This document shows positions 15,765 to 20,743 of a stretch of 20,743 nt of DNA, piece after piece (position 1 is the stretch's first letter; each line of letters starts with the position of its first letter). Both the position numbers and the translations under genes were made by a program. Location: the NCBI GenBank assembly GCA_049969855.1, contig JBMFOB010000022.1:1-20743 (forward strand), written 5' to 3'. The DNA is from Candidatus Bathyarchaeia archaeon. GTDB taxonomy: Archaea > Thermoproteota > Bathyarchaeia > Bathyarchaeales > Bathycorpusculaceae. Below the pieces are notes generated by a model. That model was not told the DNA's origin. It was given only the letters and a program-made list of their open reading frames with translations, and searched no databases.

Positions 15765-17633
15765 TTGTACGGATATGCTGGAAGAGTACTCCACATAGAC
15801 CTAACAACAGGAAAAACCCATGTTGAACCATTAAATGAAGACTATGCCAAAAAATACATTGGCGGCATAGGCTTAGGAATGCGCCTCTGGCTTGACCACT
15901 CAAAAGCTGGAGTTGAACCCTTCAGTCCAGAAAACCCACTAATACTAACAACAGGACCAATTTCGGGTACGGTTTGGCCAACAGGCGGGAACGGCCACGC
16001 TTTCGTTTCAAAGTCGCCGCAAAGCTACGGAGTTGGGGAAGCAAAATCCCACGGCTCCTTTGGTACAGAACTGAAGAGGGCGGGATATGACGCCGTAATT
16101 TTTAAGGGCAAATCAGAAAAACCCGTTTACGTTTGGATTGACGACGACTCAGTGCAACTTTTAGACGCTTCACATTTGATGGGCAAATCTCCAGCAGAAA
16201 CAGAAGACACCATAAAAGAAGAGTTAGGCGACTATTACATCCGCGTGGCAGCCATTGGTCCAGCAGGCGAAAAACTCGTCAGAATCGCTTGTATAATCAA
16301 TGAAAAAACAAGGGCTGCTGGAAGAACAGGAATGGGCGCCGTCATGGGTTCAAAAAATCTTAAGGCAATTGCTGTTCGCGGAACACATGATGTTGCTGTG
16401 GCGAAACCTGATGAATTCATGGAGTTTGTTAAGGAATTTCATGAAAGAATGAAGGGGCCAGCCACACAAAAATACAGAACCTTAGGCACGCCGGAAAACG
16501 TTTTAGTCCACAATGCTTTGCACTGCATGCCTACAAGAAACTATAACAACGCACATTTTGAAGCAGCAGAAAGAGTAAGCGGAGAAACCTTGAATGAAAG
16601 ATTCGTTGCCAAAATCATAGGATGCAGCTCCTGCGCTATGCGATGTGAACACATTGCTGTTGTTCCCGAAGGACCATACAAAGGTGCAATGGCTCGGGTT
16701 GAATATGAACCGTTATGGGCTTTGGCACCCTACTGTGGAATAGACCGCCTTGACGCTGTAATTAAGGGAATAGAACTTTGCAATCATTATGGGATAGACG
16801 CTATAGGCGCTGGCGTTATAGTCGGCTTTGCCATGGACTGTTACGAAAATGGAATCTTAACACTGGAAGACCTTGATGGAATAGACGCCAGATTCGGCAA
16901 TCATGAAGCCCTAGTCAAACTTATAGAAAAAATGGGCAAACGTGAAGGGATAGGAGACATCCTTTCAGAAGGAGTGAAAATCGCCGCTGAAAAAATTGGA
17001 AAAGGAGCAGAAAAACTGGCACAACACATCAAAGGAGTAGAGGTTACCGGCTACGACCTCCGATCCCTAAAAACAGCTGCTTTAGGCTTTGCCGTTTCCT
17101 TCCGTGGAGCAGACCACAACAGACATGGAGCCTACGCCTTCGACGTGAAAGGAAAAGTCAACCGCTTAGTTGCTGAGAAGGGTAGAGGAAGAATGGTTAA
17201 AGACATCGAGGACATATACACCATTATCGACTCCCTAATAATTTGCAAATTCTCAAGGGGAACATACTACAAAGAAGCTGAAGATTTGGCTAAACTTTAC
17301 TCGTTAGTTACTGGATTTGAAACTACGCCAGAGGAGATTAGACGAAGCGGTGAGAGAATAAACAACGTCGCCAGATTATTCAATGTCAGAGAAGGACTCG
17401 GCAGAAAAGATGACACATTACCCTACAAGGTTATGCACCAGCCAATTCAGGACGAGGGACCGTCAAAAGGAGCTTATGTTTCACAAGAAGAACTTGACCT
17501 GTTATTGGATGATTATTATATGGCTCGTGGATGGAATAGGGAAGGTGTGCCAACAATAGAGAAGCTGAAAGAACTGGGTATGGACGACCTCATTTACATT
17601 GTTGAAGAGAAAACGAAAAAGACGGAGGAATAA
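15765..17633 (+). CDS. aor: Tungsten-containing aldehyde:ferredoxin oxidoreductase family protein
   Basis: MYGYAGRVL..DL, SKSP, IGPAGE, AAGRTGMGAVMGSKNLKA, CSSCAMRC, EYE, GID, RGADH, DSL.IC and DDTLP. TTG start after GGAGG. Confidence 0.93.
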   Translation: MYGYAGRVLHIDLTTGKTHVEPLNEDYAKKYIGGIGLGMRLWLDHSKAGVEPFSPENPLILTTGPISGTVWPTGGNGHAFVSKSPQSYGVGEAKSHGSFGTELKRAGYDAVIFKGKSEKPVYVWIDDDSVQLLDASHLMGKSPAETEDTIKEELGDYYIRVAAIGPAGEKLVRIACIINEKTRAAGRTGMGAVMGSKNLKAIAVRGTHDVAVAKPDEFMEFVKEFHERMKGPATQKYRTLGTPENVLVHNALHCMPTRNYNNAHFEAAERVSGETLNERFVAKIIGCSSCAMRCEHIAVVPEGPYKGAMARVEYEPLWALAPYCGIDRLDAVIKGIELCNHYGIDAIGAGVIVGFAMDCYENGILTLEDLDGIDARFGNHEALVKLIEKMGKREGIGDILSEGVKIAAEKIGKGAEKLAQHIKGVEVTGYDLRSLKTAALGFAVSFRGADHNRHGAYAFDVKGKVNRLVAEKGRGRMVKDIEDIYTIIDSLIICKFSRGTYYKEAEDLAKLYSLVTGFETTPEEIRRSGERINNVARLFNVREGLGRKDDTLPYKVMHQPIQDEGPSKGAYVSQEELDLLLDDYYMARGWNREGVPTIEKLKELGMDDLIYIVEEKTKKTEE

Positions 17634-18146
17634 ATGATGGTTAAAGTTCATGAAAGAAAATTTGTAACAGCCGACCCTGAAAAATGCGTTGGATGCCAAG
17701 TTTGCGAGTACATATGCTCATTTGAGAAAGAAAAAGTTTTCAACCCATTAAAATCAAGAATAAGAGTTGTGCGACTAAACCCGCTGGTAAACGTTTCCAT
17801 CGCCTGCAGACTCTGCGAAGACCCACCATGTGTCGCAGCATGCCCAAGAGATGCATTAACGCAGTCTGAGGAAACAGGCATAATAATGGTTGACGAAGAT
17901 AAGTGCAATGGTTGCGGATGGTGCATCGAAGCATGCGATTATGGGGCAATCATGATACATCCAGATAGGAAAGTCGTTTTTGTCTGTGACTTGTGCAAAG
18001 ATAAGGGTGAACCTCAATGCGTCAAATGGTGTCCAGAAGAAGCCTTAGACTTAGTTACAAGCGATGTCTTAGCCCAGAAGGCAAGAATTGCCGCCACAAA
18101 GAAACTTTTCAAAGAAGCCCTAAAGGCAACTCCAATAACTTCATAA
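17634..18146 (+). CDS. 4x[4Fe-4S] ferredoxin-like electron-transfer subunit (DmsB/HydN/AorA-like)
   Basis: 16 Cys in CVGCQVCEYIC, CRLCEDPPCVAACP, CNGCGWCIEAC and CDLC...CVKWCP. The ATG directly abuts the aor stop. Confidence 0.9.
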   Translation: MMVKVHERKFVTADPEKCVGCQVCEYICSFEKEKVFNPLKSRIRVVRLNPLVNVSIACRLCEDPPCVAACPRDALTQSEETGIIMVDEDKCNGCGWCIEACDYGAIMIHPDRKVVFVCDLCKDKGEPQCVKWCPEEALDLVTSDVLAQKARIAATKKLFKEALKATPITS

Positions 18147-18157
18147 TCTTCCTTTTT
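18147..18157 (+). terminator. Oligo-pyrimidine archaeal terminator after the aor-ferredoxin operon
   Basis: TCTTCCTTTTT immediately after TAA 18146, in the 11-bp gap between convergent genes. Confidence 0.45.
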
Positions 18158-18685
18158 CTAATTAATTTGCTTCAGAATTTGAATTAAAAGTTTGGCAATT
18201 TCTGCCGCTACCTTTGCAAGCTCAAGCGTTAATCCTTCTCCAAAATCAGCACTTTTTGGTTCTATGAGCAATAAGGCAATTTTGGCTCCCGTTGTCTTTG
18301 TCAAGTATTCACAAAATATTCGCAATGGAAGCATATGCGTAGAAAACGCAGGAAAACTTTTCAACTGTTCCGTTTGTACAAGCTTTGCATCGCTTGGTTT
18401 CAAACCTAAAAGTGCAGCATCTATTAGGAGAATATGCGTAGGGTTGAAATCTGTAATTTGTTGAATAAAACTTTCCGGAACGGTTTCACATTCTATTAGG
18501 TAAACTTTTTCAGAAACTCTTCCACGCAAATTTTGAACAATTTGGACCCCTACAAAATCGTCCATGCGAATAGGGTTTCCAATGCCAGCCACAACCACTC
18601 GCTTAGCATGAGAAAACCAAGTCTTCAATTCCTTTTCAAGACTGTATTTTTCGCTAGACACTGAAACTACCACGAAACAAATCAA
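18158..18685 (-). CDS. hycI: Hydrogenase maturation endopeptidase (HycI family)
   Basis: VAGIGNPIRMDDFVG, ETVPE, LIDAA and STHMLPL. Lies directly downstream of mvhA. The true start may be a few codons later. Confidence 0.9.
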   Translation of the reverse strand: MICFVVVSVSSEKYSLEKELKTWFSHAKRVVVAGIGNPIRMDDFVGVQIVQNLRGRVSEKVYLIECETVPESFIQQITDFNPTHILLIDAALLGLKPSDAKLVQTEQLKSFPAFSTHMLPLRIFCEYLTKTTGAKIALLLIEPKSADFGEGLTLELAKVAAEIAKLLIQILKQIN

Positions 18686-18690
18686 TCATT

Positions 18691-18708
18691 AAAGAAAAGG
18701 AAAAGGTT
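18691..18708 (-). terminator. Possible oligo-T terminator after mvhA
   Basis: The minus strand reads CCTTTTCCTTTTCTTT right after the mvhA stop. Confidence 0.4.
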
Positions 18709-20163
18709 TTACCTTTGCACCGTTTTTAGAAGTTTCTTTTCCCTATTATAAATTTCAATGGTTAGTGGCATTTGTCCAACCGCAAAATGCGTGGCACATC
18801 CAAAGCATGGATCGTAAGCCCTAAAAGCCATCTCAACCATATTCAATATTCCCTGGTCAACTTTATCGCCATGAATTAAGCCTTTAGCAGCATTCCGAAT
18901 AGACATGTTTATGGATGGACTGTTGTTGACGGTCGCCACTATAAGGTTAACGTCTTTTATCAGCGCATTCTCATCCAAAACATAATGATGAATTAGGGTT
19001 CCCCTAGCCGCTTCAACAACCCCTATACCCTCTCCTGGTTCGCCGGGCTTGTTGCGGACATCTTTGCTTGTTATTTCAGGGTCTCTGCTTAATTCCAAAG
19101 CTCTTTCAGATGCATAAAGCAGTTCTATAAGTCTAGCCCAATGATAAGCAAGCGTTGAGTGGACTGGTTTTCCGCCAAGTGTTTTGTACATAAACTCATA
19201 TTCTTCTTGCGCTAGTGGCGTAGCCATGCCATCTGCAGCGTTAAATCTTCCAATGGGTCCAACACGATAGGCTCCGCTTTCTGGTCCATCGATAAAGCCT
19301 TTCCAGCCTATTTTCTTTAGGTATGGGAATTTGACGTAGGTCCATTCTTCAACATGCTCTGCAATGTAGTCGAGATAGTTTTTTGCTTCGAATTTCACGA
19401 ATTCCTTGCCGTTTGGGTCGACTACCCTAATTTTGCCGTCGTAAAAGTTCGCTTTGTTGTTTTCATCAACCAATCCCATATAGTAAGTCTTCAATGTATA
19501 GGCATCGCTTTTGATTAAGTCAACATACTTGCTGTTTCCAAGCACAATGTCACGGAAAAGCTTCAGCGAAAACTTTGCAAAATTCACAGAAGAAGAAGCC
19601 ATATTCTCAATTTCTTTTCTATCCTCTTCGCTTAATGGCTTGGAGATTCCGCCTGGTAATCCGCAGACTGGATGCGTGGCTTTTCCGCCAATTATCTCCG
19701 TTATTCTTTGTCCATAAGCCCTATGCTTTATGACCTCTTTGCCAATGTCTAATCCAGCCTTTTCAATGACGCCTATAATATTCCTTTTTTCAGGCGGAGC
19801 GTCTGGTCCAACTATAAAGTCTGGTCCGCCCAAATAGTAAAAGTGCAGCGTGTGATCGTAAATGAAGTAGCCGCAGTACATAAGTTCCCTAAGCTTTTTG
19901 GCTGCAGATGGTGGTTCAACATTGAATGCTGCATCTAAGGTTTTTGTTCCAGCCATGTGATGGGCTACTGGGCAAACACCGCATATCCTGCTTGTCAAAA
20001 GCGGCATGTCTTCAGCTTTTCTTCCAACGCAGAACCTTTCGAAGCCCCTAAGCTCTGGAATTTGCATGTAAGCATTTTCAACTTCCCCTTCGTCATTTAG
20101 GAATATGGCTATTTTCCCATGGCCTTCAAGTCTTGTTATTGGGTCGATAACAACTTTTTTCAT
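18709..20163 (-). CDS. mvhA: [NiFe]-hydrogenase large subunit, F420-non-reducing MvhA type (group 3c-like)
   Basis: IDPITRLEGHGK, ELRGFE, L1 RICGVC, EAARGTLIHHY and L2 RAYDPCFGCATH, followed by a cleavable C-terminal extension. Confidence 0.93.
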   Translation of the reverse strand: MKKVVIDPITRLEGHGKIAIFLNDEGEVENAYMQIPELRGFERFCVGRKAEDMPLLTSRICGVCPVAHHMAGTKTLDAAFNVEPPSAAKKLRELMYCGYFIYDHTLHFYYLGGPDFIVGPDAPPEKRNIIGVIEKAGLDIGKEVIKHRAYGQRITEIIGGKATHPVCGLPGGISKPLSEEDRKEIENMASSSVNFAKFSLKLFRDIVLGNSKYVDLIKSDAYTLKTYYMGLVDENNKANFYDGKIRVVDPNGKEFVKFEAKNYLDYIAEHVEEWTYVKFPYLKKIGWKGFIDGPESGAYRVGPIGRFNAADGMATPLAQEEYEFMYKTLGGKPVHSTLAYHWARLIELLYASERALELSRDPEITSKDVRNKPGEPGEGIGVVEAARGTLIHHYVLDENALIKDVNLIVATVNNSPSINMSIRNAAKGLIHGDKVDQGILNMVEMAFRAYDPCFGCATHFAVGQMPLTIEIYNREKKLLKTVQR

Positions 20164-20743
20164 TTTATCACTTTTCTCCTAAGAATTGATGCAGGTAAAG
20201 CATACATGTAAAAAGTGCCAATAGGGTCCTTTATTTGGCTAATTAATTTTTCAACTTCCTCTTCAGTGTACTTGTCCTTCTCTTCCTCCAACCCCAATAT
20301 GGAAGCTAAGGCGCTTATCATCGCCGCCCCTTGTTCCGGCGAGTTTGGACATGGTCCACCGCATCCTGTGCAGGGCATATCAGCCTTTAGGCATCTTGCA
20401 CCGCATCCGCCTCTTGTGGCTGGTCCCATGCAGATTATCCCCTGTTCAAGCAAGCATCTTTCCGGGTCTGGTGCCTTTTCATAAACCCGATATATCTTAG
20501 AGATTTTCTTGTTTTCTTTCTTTCTTGGGCATTCATCACAAACCGATTTAAGTGGCGCTAGAACAGAGCCTTTAGGCGGCAATTCGCCCTTTGCTATAAC
20601 GTCTAACGCATATAGTGTGCGTTCAACGGCTGGTGGACAGCCAGGGACGTAATAGTCCACGTCCACTGTTTGGTCAAGTGTTCTAACTGTATCGTAAAAT
20701 TCTGGAATGTCTAATTCGCCTTCCTTAACAGTTACTTTTGGTT
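20160..20743 (-). CDS. mvhG: [NiFe]-hydrogenase small subunit MvhG; 3' part only, frame open to the window end
   Basis: Frame continues upstream as PKVTVKEGELDIPEFYDTVRTLDQTV, then VDYYVPGCPP, SVCDECPR, CLLEQG..CMGPATRGGCGARC and PCTGCGG. ATGA overlap with mvhA. Confidence 0.92.
   Translation of the reverse strand, partial: PKVTVKEGELDIPEFYDTVRTLDQTVDVDYYVPGCPPAVERTLYALDVIAKGELPPKGSVLAPLKSVCDECPRKKENKKISKIYRVYEKAPDPERCLLEQGIICMGPATRGGCGARCLKADMPCTGCGGPCPNSPEQGAAMISALASILGLEEEKDKYTEEEVEKLISQIKDPIGTFYMYALPASILRRKVIK

Noticed and set aside
18709-20163. Selenocysteine or split VhuA/VhuU-type hydrogenase
   Set aside because: The L2 motif DPCFGC is Cys-encoded within the same ORF, with no in-frame TGA.
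609-20484. Numerous 60-130 aa ORFs antisense to or nested in the main genes (for example 609-842, 4342-4644, 5105-5452, 7071-7382, 13539-13937, 15276-15665, 20215-20484)
   Set aside because: They are shadows of well-supported genes, with no recognisable motifs.
1-20743. CRISPR arrays, tRNA/rRNA genes, IS elements, riboswitches
   Set aside because: No repeat-spacer periodicity, transposase or GC-rich structured intergenic segment was seen by eye. Intergenic gaps are short and AT-rich. A covariance-model search was not possible.

Overview
This is a gene-dense archaeal window. Evidence: TATA/BRE promoters, GGTGA/GGAGG ribosome-binding sites, several TTG starts, Mvh hydrogenase and a tungsten-family AOR. 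A Bathyarchaeia-like lineage is my inference from gene style, not a database result. The left part holds the 5' end of a CopB-type ATPase, a ferritin-like/flavodoxin pair, an apparently frameshifted GNAT, an isochorismatase, an Xaa-Pro peptidase, MoaD/SAMP, a flavin reductase and a YkgJ protein. The centre (5.3-15.7 kb) is a methylmalonyl-CoA pathway cluster: mutase large subunit, epimerase, BirA, a three-gene biotin enzyme, and a soluble SdhA plus SdhB-CCG (TfrB-like) fusion. The biotin enzyme has an acyl-CoA carboxyltransferase, a pyruvate/oxaloacetate carboxyltransferase and a biotin carrier, with no biotin carboxylase or Na+-pump subunit in the window. The right part holds AOR plus a polyferredoxin, converging on mvhG-mvhA-hycI. 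The best candidate for an undescribed system is an archaeal methylmalonyl-CoA:pyruvate transcarboxylase (Wood-Werkman-like propionate/succinate cycle) with a possible split helix/beta-barrel docking module, coupled to a thiol/disulfide-type fumarate reductase. I saw no RNA genes, CRISPR arrays or mobile elements.
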